DNA from: a virus
DNA: 17,578 nucleotides
Strand: one strand, 5' to 3'
UHGV virus genome: UHGV-0086244
Part shown: one piece after another, positions 6,857 to 14,467 of the stretch
Numbering within the stretch: position 1 is the first letter of the stretch
Layout of the letters: every line of letters begins with the position of its first letter
Translations under genes and position numbers: made by a program
The notes under the pieces: model-generated
Seen by the model: only the letters and a program-made list of their open reading frames with translations
Databases searched by the model: none
Told to the model about the DNA's origin: nothing

Positions 6857-7782
6857 AAATCCACCCCATAAATCCAGTCAGTGTTTGTCAGGTCCAGTTT
6901 TGATTTTCCGGCTGTCACTCCTGCCTGTTGCTTGTTACGGTTGATTTCGAGCTGGGTCCACTTGTCGCGGAGTTTGGCCGGACTTAGCACGTTACCGGAC
7001 CAGAAGTTGTCCTGGCATGCCCAGCGGAACAGCACGCACATGTCGCGGTGGTTACGTCCGTCACGTTCACGCATCAGGCGGATATCGTTAGCCCACCCTG
7101 CAAAATTCGGTTTTCTGGCTGATGGCGCGATGGTCTTCACCATGTCAAACATCCACTCTGCGGCGGTCAGGTCTTCTGCTGTCCCCCACTTGCTGCCGCT
7201 CTGAATTGCAGCATCCGGTTTCACCACAGGAAGATCGTTTTCTGGTTGGTCAGAGGATTCGCCAGAATTCTCGGACGAAAAAGGTTTTATATTGTCTTTT
7301 GTTAGTTTGTCTTTTGTGTTTACCTGATTCGGGTAAACGCCTTTACCTGATTTGGGTAAACTTTTTTTACCTGATTCAGGTAAATTTACCTCTTTCAGGT
7401 AAACTTTATTTTTCTTACCTGATTCGGGTAATGTTGACCATTCACTGACCACATTATTAATGCCGGTATTCCGCCCGCTCTGAATAAAAATCCCACGCTT
7501 TACCAGAACACTTTTTGCAGCAGAACACTTGTGCGGCAATATCCCGGTTAATTCGGAAAGTTGCTCGTTGCTAACCCAATCCAGTTTTTTATTAAAGCCA
7601 TATGTTTTGCGCATGACAGCCAGAAAGACCAGAAGCTGGTGCTGTGTTAATCCGGCCAGCATCACAGCTTCCAGCAACTCATTTGCAATGCGCGTATAAC
7701 CATCATCGAGATCTGCCACGCGCGGCTCCTTTTGTGCCGCATCCGGCACTGGAAAATTGAATATCTCAGCAGTGTTTGCCAT
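6853..7782 (-). CDS. O: Replication initiator O (chimeric: non-lambda N-terminal iteron-binding domain, lambda-like C-terminal domain); start placed at internal ATG 7782
   Basis: C-terminal half (HSGESSDQPENDLPVVKPDAAIQSGSKWGTAEDLTAAEWMFDMVKTIAPSARKPNF...) matches lambda O from memory; GGAGG RBS before the ATG at 7782; N-terminal MANTAEIFNF parallels lambda O MTNTAKILNF; the origin iterons lie inside the gene. Confidence 0.9.
   Translation of the reverse strand: MANTAEIFNFPVPDAAQKEPRVADLDDGYTRIANELLEAVMLAGLTQHQLLVFLAVMRKTYGFNKKLDWVSNEQLSELTGILPHKCSAAKSVLVKRGIFIQSGRNTGINNVVSEWSTLPESGKKNKVYLKEVNLPESGKKSLPKSGKGVYPNQVNTKDKLTKDNIKPFSSENSGESSDQPENDLPVVKPDAAIQSGSKWGTAEDLTAAEWMFDMVKTIAPSARKPNFAGWANDIRLMRERDGRNHRDMCVLFRWACQDNFWSGNVLSPAKLRDKWTQLEINRNKQQAGVTAGKSKLDLTNTDWIYGVDL
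7318..7434. repeat. Replication origin: five 17-bp iterons (TACCTGATTCGGGTAAA-type, each with inverted ends TTTACC/GGTAAA) with an adjacent AT-rich tract at about 7285..7320
   Basis: Direct repeats at about 7321, 7344, 7368, 7387 and 7416; located inside O as in lambda ori; AT-rich segment on the side expected from the lambda arrangement. Confidence 0.8.
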
Positions 7783-7868
7783 AATTCCTCCCGCAATGAG
7801 TGTGTTACGATTTGCACCTGAAAGTCGGTTCTGTTCCAGCAGACCGGCTTTCGCCATTTCTGAACCTG

Positions 7869-8414
7869 TCATATCGCCCCCAGCATGGTAGTAACCATCG
7901 CCATCAATGGACCAGCCAGATCTGGGTCCACACGAAACATCGACACAATACCTTCACTAATTTCCTTCAGTTTCTGGTGGCGTGGTGCGTTGAGAATGAC
8001 AGCCTGTTTTGCCTCACTGAGTTCCTTTTCCATTTCAGCCAACCTAGCCATGAAGCTATCCTGCTCAACCAGGTAACCGCGATATTCCAGCGGTAGTACC
8101 GCCAGAATTGCCGGGGTCAGTTCACGCACGTTATTTCGGTATTTTTCAGAATCGAATTTGTTATCGAGGAAGCGGAACAGCTTCTGGCGTGCACGGCTGA
8201 CATCATCAGGGAAATCGATGGTGCCGCCGCCCTGCTCCCGATACTCATTCACAATGAGTGTGGCAACGACATCCTGATTATCTTCAGCCGACCAGGCGCG
8301 GACGGCATCACGAATTTTTTCGTGGCCTGGCACCTGTTTTATTTGAGAACGATTTATCACCGCAGTCGGGCTAAATCCGCTAGTCTGTTGGTATGTAAGT
8401 GGTTGCATAATCAT
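7869..8414 (-). CDS. Hypothetical regulatory protein in the cII position (181 aa), possibly a CII-like / CP76-type or YdaT-like regulator
   Basis: Position between cro-like and O, same strand; much longer than lambda CII; family assignment is from memory of gene-order patterns only. Confidence 0.45.
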   Translation of the reverse strand: MIMQPLTYQQTSGFSPTAVINRSQIKQVPGHEKIRDAVRAWSAEDNQDVVATLIVNEYREQGGGTIDFPDDVSRARQKLFRFLDNKFDSEKYRNNVRELTPAILAVLPLEYRGYLVEQDSFMARLAEMEKELSEAKQAVILNAPRHQKLKEISEGIVSMFRVDPDLAGPLMAMVTTMLGAI

Positions 8415-8438
8415 CGCCTTATCAGTTAACGCCGCAGA

Positions 8439-8666
8439 TTAGGCGGCAGAATTACTCGCGTTAAACAATGGTGCGAGGTCGGGACGAATATCTGCTGGCT
8501 TAATCTTTCCACCAGTGGCTGAGACAATTTTCATTACATAGCGGGCATCAATTCCGCCACCGTGTAGCCAACGCCAAACAGTGGGCTGGGCTACACCGCA
8601 TAGATCTGCCAGTCGTTTTTGACTACCTGTAATACTGATTGCGAGTTGAATGGTTTGATTTGTCAT
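8439..8666 (-). CDS. Cro-like small HTH regulator (75 aa from the ATG at 8666)
   Basis: Small ORF divergent from the repressor gene; HTH-like segment GSQKRLADLCGVAQPTVWRW; AGGA 9 nt upstream of the ATG; immediately downstream of the pR-like promoter. Confidence 0.65.
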   Translation of the reverse strand: MTNQTIQLAISITGSQKRLADLCGVAQPTVWRWLHGGGIDARYVMKIVSATGGKIKPADIRPDLAPLFNASNSAA

Positions 8667-8697
8667 TATCAATTCCTATTGGTATTACAATGAATGG

Positions 8698-8726
8698 ATA
8701 ATAGCAATGCGTATTAACCATGGCAA
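8698..8726 (-). promoter_or_regulatory. pR-like sigma70 promoter for the cro-like gene (-35 TTGCCA, 17-bp spacer, -10 TATTAT on the minus strand)
   Basis: Hexamers read from the reverse complement; both overlap the two operator-like 16-bp sites. Confidence 0.5.
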
Positions 8727-8740
8727 TAGCAAAACGTGTT
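8700..8740. promoter_or_regulatory. OR-like operator pair: two 16-bp sites AATAGCAATGCGTATT (8700..8715) and AATAGCAAAACGTGTT (8725..8740), 25 bp centre to centre
   Basis: Same AATAGCAA-N4-T(A/G)TT motif recurs twice at the pL-like region with identical spacing. Confidence 0.55.
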
Positions 8741-8767
8741 TTGACCATCAATACGCAAGCGTATAAA
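8741..8767 (+). promoter_or_regulatory. Candidate pRM-like promoter for the repressor (-35 TTGACC, 15-bp spacer, -10 TATAAA), overlapping the 14-bp palindrome ATACGCAAGCGTAT
   Basis: Hexamers seen in sequence; the short spacer is suboptimal; would give a near-leaderless cI mRNA starting close to the ATG at 8777. Confidence 0.3.
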
Positions 8768-8776
8768 TTAAAACTT

Positions 8777-9469
8777 ATGAAAAAAGAAACTCTTGCTGAT
8801 CGCTTAAACCTAGCGATGGAACAATCTGGGATGTCTCAAGGCGCTCTTGCAAAGGCGTCTGGCGTAGCTCAACCCACAATCTGGAGACTGACAAGCGGCA
8901 ACGCGCGCGGCTCAACAAAAATTGTTGAAATAGCTAATGCATTGGGTGTTCGAACAGAGTGGCTCTCATCAGGCATAGGCCCGATGAGAAATGACGGTCA
9001 ACAATCAGGGAAGCCTACTGTCAACCATTCCAAATACTTCAAGATTGACGTTCTTGATATAGAAGTGAGTGCCGGGCCGGGAGTCATCAACCGTGAGTTT
9101 GTAGAAGTCCTACGCTCGGTTGAGTACTCGTTTGACGATGCTCGTCACATGTTCGATGGCAGGAAGGCGGAAAATATCCGCATCATTAACGTACGTGGTG
9201 ACAGCATGTCAGGAACAATCGAACCAGGTGATCTGCTGTTCGTTGATATCACGGTTAAATCTTTCGACGGTGATGGCATCTATGCGTTTCTGTACGACGA
9301 CACAGCCCATGTAAAGCGCCTGCAAATGATGAAGGATAAGCTGTTGGTTATCTCTGATAACAAGAGCTACTCACCGTGGGACCCGATCGAGAAAGACGAG
9401 ATGAACCGGGTGTTCATTTTTGGGAAAGTCATCGGGAGCATGCCGCAGACCTACAGGAAGCATGGGTAG
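8777..9469 (+). CDS. cI: CI-type prophage repressor: N-terminal XRE-family HTH and C-terminal S24 (LexA-like) autopeptidase domain; not lambda cI
   Basis: HTH segment LADRLNLAMEQSGMSQGALAKASGVAQPTIWRL; C-terminal VRGDSMSGTIEPGDLLFVD ... K motif typical of S24 peptidases; the longest ORF starts at 8720 but would overlap the pR-like promoter, so the ATG at 8777 is preferred. Confidence 0.85.
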   Translation: MKKETLADRLNLAMEQSGMSQGALAKASGVAQPTIWRLTSGNARGSTKIVEIANALGVRTEWLSSGIGPMRNDGQQSGKPTVNHSKYFKIDVLDIEVSAGPGVINREFVEVLRSVEYSFDDARHMFDGRKAENIRIINVRGDSMSGTIEPGDLLFVDITVKSFDGDGIYAFLYDDTAHVKRLQMMKDKLLVISDNKSYSPWDPIEKDEMNRVFIFGKVIGSMPQTYRKHG

Positions 9470-9509
9470 GTAGTATGTAAAGAATTACCTTTGGTTGATT
9501 TGTAATAGC

Positions 9510-9539
9510 TACCGATTACGTTATCGGTAGCTATAAGAA
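9510..9539. promoter_or_regulatory. Perfect 12-bp-arm inverted repeat (ATAGCTACCGAT-N6-ATCGGTAGCTAT) between cI and the rex-slot module; terminator-like hairpin or protein-binding palindrome
   Basis: Read directly; followed on the plus strand by a short U-rich stretch (aagaaattttta). Confidence 0.35.
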
Positions 9540-9592
9540 ATTTTTATGTCTTTAACTGTGTTTATTTATTCAATACTAGTTGGACTATAGCA

Positions 9593-10615
9593 ATGAAAGA
9601 TAACAGACAAAAAGTCGTTCATTATAAAAAAGCAGTAATCCCACACAGCAAATCATCATTACAAAACATACTACTTAGTATTATAGGTGAGGGCGGCGTT
9701 GCAGAAAAAGTACTTAGTAGACAAGAAAAAATAACACCTTCAGATGAAAATTCGGGGTATCGTTTCTTAAATAAAAGCGACACATACAAAACTATACTTT
9801 TTGGGCAACTGGTTTTATTTGAAAAAGACAAAAGCCAGTCTCTATTAGAGCTTAGTGATAATGTTAAATTTTATGACATTAACTCCATCACGTCTAATGA
9901 TATAATTATTGATGGAGATAAACGTAGTGACAAAAAAAGAGAGTTTGTAGATTCAATTTTATATTTTGGTGTACTAAACAACCATGTCATGATCGTTCAA
10001 TCCACATCGCTTCGAGCAAGGGAGCTTGAGGCGCATTTGAATTGGCTAATTAATACATTCACAGATGAAAAAGAATCTGTGTTAATGCTTCAAGATAAGC
10101 CATCCGAAGAAACGATGAAAAAAATGGAGAAAGCACCAGCCAAGAGCATAAAAATTGGTGGATTACCCATTACTTCAGAAGTTAAAAATTCAGAGAACCA
10201 AACACCCTCCTTTTCAAATGGTTCGGTGAAGACAATAAAATACCGCCCAATAGGGAAAGGAGGTGCGCTACTAAAAGCATTTTTTGGCGATAACTGGGCA
10301 AATGATATAAACATTAAAGATTCATTAGATGAGGCCAATTTACAAGTAAGCCTCGAGATTACATACTTCAGAAAAACAAATGATAGCGGTCAAGCTGTTA
10401 TAGACAGTATTGCTACCTCACTACGACATCTAGATGAGGATGATATTAGCATCAAACTTCAAGGCGGTGGGGAAATAACGGGAAAAGAGATAAAATTATC
10501 CGGAAAAATTAGCGTTGAACATAACAATGGCATTATTGATGAAAATGATTTATTCTTAAAAATGCATAAGTGGCTGTTCTCAAAACTTGATGCCGGAGAA
10601 TTGGTTGCAAAATAA
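9593..10615 (+). CDS. Hypothetical soluble protein (340 aa) occupying the rexA position; candidate sensor of a RexAB-like exclusion module
   Basis: Long ORF immediately downstream of cI on the same strand, in an AT-rich block; no recognisable similarity to lambda RexA from memory. Confidence 0.6.
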   Translation: MKDNRQKVVHYKKAVIPHSKSSLQNILLSIIGEGGVAEKVLSRQEKITPSDENSGYRFLNKSDTYKTILFGQLVLFEKDKSQSLLELSDNVKFYDINSITSNDIIIDGDKRSDKKREFVDSILYFGVLNNHVMIVQSTSLRARELEAHLNWLINTFTDEKESVLMLQDKPSEETMKKMEKAPAKSIKIGGLPITSEVKNSENQTPSFSNGSVKTIKYRPIGKGGALLKAFFGDNWANDINIKDSLDEANLQVSLEITYFRKTNDSGQAVIDSIATSLRHLDEDDISIKLQGGGEITGKEIKLSGKISVEHNNGIIDENDLFLKMHKWLFSKLDAGELVAK

Positions 10616-10636
10616 CCTACCAAAAGGAGGGCGATA

Positions 10637-11143
10637 ATGAAATCGAACATCATCCACCTTATTGGTATGTTGGTCTTCTATTTTGCTGGTTACTTTTTGT
10701 TCAAGTCAGCATTGGGCTATATTACACCGGGTGTTGTCCTAACAGCTCCGTGGGCTGTGGTTGGACTCATGCAATTGCCATTATCATATTGTATACAAGC
10801 CATTTTTAAGGCAAATGAGGCCAATGACCACTCGTCTTTAACCCCTAGTGAGGTTAGGCGATTAGTGCCAATAGTCAAATCCAAGAGACTGAAATTGGTT
10901 TTATTATTAGCTTTCTATGTATTTTCAACTTTGTTTGTAATCTTGGGGTTAATAGCAAGCACAAATGATCAAGCCCTACTCTTCAGGGTCTTAAAAATTT
11001 CAGGTGGATTACTCTTTATTTCTCTCTATACCAGTGTATTCGTTCATAAAATAATGGTTGAGCTTCAAGAGTTTAAAGCGTTATTAAACCGAAGAGAATC
11101 AGAGAAGAAGGAAAGAGAGTCACTCCTTGATAGATTAAAATGA
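10637..11143 (+). CDS. Hypothetical 4-TM membrane protein (168 aa) occupying the rexB position; candidate membrane effector
   Basis: AGGAGG RBS 7 nt upstream; four hydrophobic segments (IIHLIGMLVFYFAGYFLF, VVLTAPWAVVGLMQLPL, LVLLLAFYVFSTLFVILGLIA, LLFISLYTSVFV); charged C-terminal tail; followed by a strong terminator. Confidence 0.65.
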   Translation: MKSNIIHLIGMLVFYFAGYFLFKSALGYITPGVVLTAPWAVVGLMQLPLSYCIQAIFKANEANDHSSLTPSEVRRLVPIVKSKRLKLVLLLAFYVFSTLFVILGLIASTNDQALLFRVLKISGGLLFISLYTSVFVHKIMVELQEFKALLNRRESEKKERESLLDRLK

Positions 11144-11153
11144 CCCCCCCCTC

Positions 11154-11180
11154 CCCGGCCGTCGTGCCGGGTTTTCTTTT
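11154..11180 (+). terminator. Intrinsic terminator after the rex-slot module (stem CCCGGC/GCCGGG, loop CGTCGT, then TTTTCTTTT)
   Basis: GC-rich hairpin followed by a T-tract on the plus strand, directly after the stop of the 168-aa gene. Confidence 0.75.
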
Positions 11181-11305
11181 GCCTCCCCTCATCACACACC
11201 GTTCAAAAAACCACCATAACCCCCGCTTCAGTTATCGCTATGCGATGCAAGTCACAAAATTAATTCCTTTTGCTATCAAACAGTTAATATCAAAATACAT
11301 CAATC

Positions 11306-11346
11306 AATAGCAATAAGTATTGATATCACCAATAGCAATAGCTATT
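11306..11346. promoter_or_regulatory. OL-like operator pair: AATAGCAATAAGTATT (11306..11321) and AATAGCAATAGCTATT (11331..11346), 25 bp centre to centre
   Basis: Same 16-bp motif and spacing as the OR-like sites at 8700..8740. Confidence 0.55.
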
Positions 11347-11348
11347 AT
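11320..11348 (+). promoter_or_regulatory. pL-like sigma70 promoter (-35 TTGATA, 17-bp spacer, -10 TATTAT) overlapping both OL-like sites
   Basis: Hexamers and spacing read directly; oriented towards gam-bet-exo-xis-int as lambda pL. Confidence 0.55.
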
Positions 11349-11624
11349 CACCATGTCGCAACAACACAACGATACGGCAACCACCTGATTCGCCGTTGCG
11401 ATGACCGCTTAGATCCGCAGCTTGAATTTCAGCAGGCTCCGGGGAGTGCGAGGGGTGAAGCGGACGCGTGAACGTCGGTGTGACCAGCTGAAATCAACTC
11501 AACACTTCATACCTCAGTCGCTTCAACGAGGCGGCTTAGTTATGACAACCGGCGGCCTCCACCGCCTGAATACGCGCAGAAGTCTCTATATGTTCAGCAG
11601 CCCAGCTTACGGGCAGGAGTTTTT

Positions 11625-11831
11625 ATGGTTCATCAACATTACGGAACTCAGACCGTTAATCGCGGTGCCGTCCGGCCAGGTATGCTGGTTAAACACAAAG
11701 ATGGTACCTGGACGGCATCAGCTAATTTGCGCGGTCGGCTTTACTTGCATCGCGGCATCGAACGAACGTACACAAAAGATTTGCTCGTGGAGGTTTACCT
11801 GAATGTTACTGGCGGTGGTCTGAGCCACTAA
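11625..11831 (+). CDS. Hypothetical protein (68 aa), first ORF downstream of the pL-like promoter; not recognisably N-like
   Basis: ATG preceded by AGGAG 7 nt upstream (gggcaggagtttttATG); no Arg-rich N-terminal motif. Confidence 0.4.
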   Translation: MVHQHYGTQTVNRGAVRPGMLVKHKDGTWTASANLRGRLYLHRGIERTYTKDLLVEVYLNVTGGGLSH

Positions 11832-11835
11832 CTAC

Positions 11836-12150
11836 TCACTTGTTTGGGCCGTGTGGAGCCAAAGCAAATTCAAGGTTGTAGATACTCCCATCAGGGGCTT
11901 TGAAATCAACCTCAAACCGAGATGGCGGATTGAATGGATCGAGTACATTTTCTGCTACGCATGTAGATCTCCAATTGATATGGCCTTTGCCAAGCGAGCG
12001 AGATTCCCACCAAGCTCTCCAGGTCTGGTCTTGCGGTTGATCACTCCCCTTTTCCCTTACATACCAATGATTCTTTTTCGACTGCTTACCCATTTCTGCG
12101 GTTGGGTACATCGGAGAAGACTTTAACTTATCAATCAGCATTCTAGACAC
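11836..12150 (-). CDS. Hypothetical protein (about 101-104 aa) encoded antisense to the pL operon; likely start at ATG 12141
   Basis: Protein-like hydrophilic composition, unlike the overlapping plus-strand ORF; AAGGTG RBS before the internal ATG (MLIDKLK...). Confidence 0.4.
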   Translation of the reverse strand: MSRMLIDKLKSSPMYPTAEMGKQSKKNHWYVREKGSDQPQDQTWRAWWESRSLGKGHINWRSTCVAENVLDPFNPPSRFEVDFKAPDGSIYNLEFALAPHGPNK

Positions 12151-12279
12151 CTTATTTATCAGATTTTGAGCAAGACATAGTGTGATCCAACATTTTGATT
12201 AATCAAGCGAGTTCATTCAAACAACTATGCAGTTAACGCACTGTCTGGATCCGCACATCAAAATTTCAGGAGTTTATCC

Positions 12280-12576
12280 ATGAACGCTTATTACATTCAG
12301 GATCGTCTTGAGGCTCAGAGCTGGGCGCGTCACTACCAGCAGATCGCCCGTGAAGGGAAAGAGGCAGAACTGGCAGACGACATGGAAAAAGGCCTGCCCC
12401 AGCACCTGTTTGAATCGCTATGCATCGATCATTTGCAACGCCACGGGGCCAGCAAAAAAGCCATTACCCGTGCGTTTGATGACGATGTTGAGTTTCAGGA
12501 GCGCATGGCAGAACACATCCGGTACATGGTTGAAACCATTGCTCACCACCAGGTTGATATTGATTCAGAGGTATAA
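12280..12576 (+). CDS. gam: Gam (RecBCD inhibitor), short 98-aa form only
   Basis: Protein [60 protein letters not shown]... matches the C-terminal 98 aa of lambda Gam from memory; upstream frame has no in-frame ATG and differs from lambda. Confidence 0.9.
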   Translation: MNAYYIQDRLEAQSWARHYQQIAREGKEAELADDMEKGLPQHLFESLCIDHLQRHGASKKAITRAFDDDVEFQERMAEHIRYMVETIAHHQVDIDSEV

Positions 12577-12581
12577 AACGG

Positions 12582-13367
12582 ATGAGTACAGCACTCGCAA
12601 CGCTGGCTGGGAAGCTGGCTGAACGAGTCGGCATGGATTCTGTCGACCCACAGGAACTGATCACCACTCTTCGCCAGACGGCATTTAAAGGTGATGCCAG
12701 CGATGCGCAGTTCATCGCATTGCTGATCGTCGCCAACCAGTACGGTCTTAATCCGTGGACGAAAGAAATTTACGCCTTCCCTGATAAGCAGAACGGCATC
12801 GTTCCGGTGGTGGGCGTTGATGGCTGGTCCCGCATCATCAACGAAAACCAGCAGTTTGACGGCATGGACTTTGAACAGGACAACGAATCCTGCACATGCC
12901 GGATTTACCGCAAAGACCGCAATCATCCGATCTGCGTTACCGAGTGGATGGATGAATGCCGCCGCGAACCATTCAAAACCCGCGAAGGCAGAGAAATCAC
13001 CGGACCGTGGCAGTCGCATCCCAAACGGATGTTACGGCATAAAGCCATGATTCAGTGTGCCCGTCTGGCCTTCGGATTTGCTGGTATCTATGACAAGGAT
13101 GAAGCCGAGCGCATTGTCGAAAATACTGCATACACTGCAGAACGTCAGCCGGAACGCGACATCACTCCGGTTAACGATGAAACCATGCAGGAGATTAACA
13201 CTCTGCTGATCGCCCTGGATAAAACATGGGATGACGACTTATTGCCGCTCTGTTCCCAGATATTTCGCCGCGACATTCGCGCATCGTCAGAACTGACACA
13301 GGCCGAAGCAGTGAAAGCTCTTGGATTCCTGAAACAGAAAGCCACTGAGCAGAAGGTGGCAGCATGA
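12582..13367 (+). CDS. bet: Bet (Red-beta single-strand annealing protein)
   Basis: Protein [66 protein letters not shown]... essentially identical to lambda Bet from memory. Confidence 0.97.
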   Translation: MSTALATLAGKLAERVGMDSVDPQELITTLRQTAFKGDASDAQFIALLIVANQYGLNPWTKEIYAFPDKQNGIVPVVGVDGWSRIINENQQFDGMDFEQDNESCTCRIYRKDRNHPICVTEWMDECRREPFKTREGREITGPWQSHPKRMLRHKAMIQCARLAFGFAGIYDKDEAERIVENTAYTAERQPERDITPVNDETMQEINTLLIALDKTWDDDLLPLCSQIFRRDIRASSELTQAEAVKALGFLKQKATEQKVAA

Positions 13368-14044
13368 CACCGGACATTATCCTGCAGCGTACCGGGATCG
13401 ACGTGAGAGCTGTCGAACAGGGGGATGATGCATGGCACAAATTACGGCTCGGCGTCATCACCGCTTCAGAAGTTCACAACGTGATAGCAAAGCCCCGATC
13501 AGGAAAGAAGTGGCCTGACATGAAAATGTCCTACTTCCACACCCTGCTAGCTGAGGTTTGCACCGGTGTGGCTCCGGAAGTTAACGCTAAAGCGCTGGCC
13601 TGGGGAAAACAGTACGAGAACGACGCCAGAACCCTGTTTGAGTTCACTTCCGGCGTAAATGTTATTGAATCCCCGATCATCTATCGCGACGAAAGTATGC
13701 GCACCGCCTGCTCTCCCGATGGTTTATGCAGTGACGGCAATGGCCTTGAGCTGAAATGCCCGTTTACCTCCCGGGATTTCATGAAATTCCGGCTCGGTGG
13801 TTTCGAGGCCATAAAGTCGGCTTACATGGCCCAGGTGCAGTACAGCATGTGGGTGACGCGAAAAGATGCCTGGTACTTTGCCAACTATGACCCGCGTATG
13901 AAGCGTGAAGGCCTGCATTATGTCGTGATTGAGCGGAATGAAAAGTATATAGCGAGTTTTGACGAGATGGTGCCGGAGTTCATCGAAAAAATGGACGAGG
14001 CACTGGCTGAAATTGGTTTTGTATTTGGGGAGCAATGGCGATGA
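13364..14044 (+). CDS. exo: Exo (lambda 5'-3' exonuclease, Red-alpha)
   Basis: Protein [65 protein letters not shown]... matches lambda Exo from memory; start overlaps the bet stop. Confidence 0.97.
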   Translation: MTPDIILQRTGIDVRAVEQGDDAWHKLRLGVITASEVHNVIAKPRSGKKWPDMKMSYFHTLLAEVCTGVAPEVNAKALAWGKQYENDARTLFEFTSGVNVIESPIIYRDESMRTACSPDGLCSDGNGLELKCPFTSRDFMKFRLGGFEAIKSAYMAQVQYSMWVTRKDAWYFANYDPRMKREGLHYVVIERNEKYIASFDEMVPEFIEKMDEALAEIGFVFGEQWR

Positions 14045-14223
14045 AACATCCTCACGATAATATCCGCGTAGGCACGATCACTTTCGTCTACTCCGTTACG
14101 AAGCGAGGCTGGGTATTTCCCGGCCTTTCTGTTATCCGAAATCCCCTGAAAGCACAGCGGCTGGCTGAGGAGATAAATAATAAACGGGGAGCTGTATGCA
14201 CAAAGCATCTCCCGTTGAGTTAA
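14035..14223 (+). CDS. Lambda orf60a-like small protein
   Basis: Protein [28 protein letters not shown]... resembles lambda orf60a as remembered; position directly after exo. Confidence 0.7.
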   Translation: MAMKHPHDNIRVGTITFVYSVTKRGWVFPGLSVIRNPLKAQRLAEEINNKRGAVCTKHLPLS

Positions 14224-14387
14224 GAACGAGTATCGAGATGGCACATAGCCTCGCTCAAATTGGAGTCAGGTTTGTGCCAATACCAGTAGAAACAGACGAA
14301 GAATTTCATACGTTAGCCGCATCCCTTTCACAAAAGCTGGAAATGATGGTGGCGAAAGCAGAAGCAGATGAGAGAGACCAGGTATGA
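14196..14387 (+). CDS. Lambda orf63-like small protein
   Basis: Position and size match the lambda orf63 slot; sequence identity to lambda not confirmed from memory. Confidence 0.6.
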   Translation: MHKASPVELRTSIEMAHSLAQIGVRFVPIPVETDEEFHTLAASLSQKLEMMVAKAEADERDQV

Positions 14388-14467
14388 CAACCACGGAATG
14401 CATTTTTCTGGCAGCGGGCTTCATATTCTGTGTGCTTATGCTTGCCGACATGGGACTTGTTCAATGA
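14384..14467 (+). CDS. Small hydrophobic peptide (27 aa, MTTTECIFLAAGFIFCVLMLADMGLVQ)
   Basis: Hand translation; start overlaps the end of orf63 and its stop overlaps the ATG of the next gene (ATGA); one predicted TM segment. Confidence 0.3.
   Translation: MTTTECIFLAAGFIFCVLMLADMGLVQ

Noticed and set aside
6129-7448. Plus-strand ORFs 6129..6374, 6615..6944, 6881..7204 and 7122..7448, and minus-strand ORF 6349..6540
   Set aside because: Antisense to or out of frame with the lambda-type P and O genes, whose identity is secure.
11422-11802. 126-aa ORF with an Arg-rich N-terminus (RLRGVRGVKRTRERR) as a possible N antiterminator
   Set aside because: It starts at TTG, the remainder is Cys/Trp-rich and non-protein-like, and it overlaps the 68-aa ORF that has a proper RBS. 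The Arg-rich stretch is most likely a frame artefact, although a very short N-like peptide cannot be excluded.
11851-12126. Plus-strand 91-aa ORF in the pL operon
   Set aside because: GTG start without RBS and an implausible composition; the overlapping minus-strand ORF looks more protein-like.
12308-14244. Alternative-frame and antisense ORFs across gam, bet and exo (for example 12308..12622, 12464..12736, 12543..13019, 12817..13050, 13145..13438, 13195..13461, 13724..14035, 13918..14244)
   Set aside because: They overlap genes that match lambda Gam, Bet and Exo essentially residue for residue.
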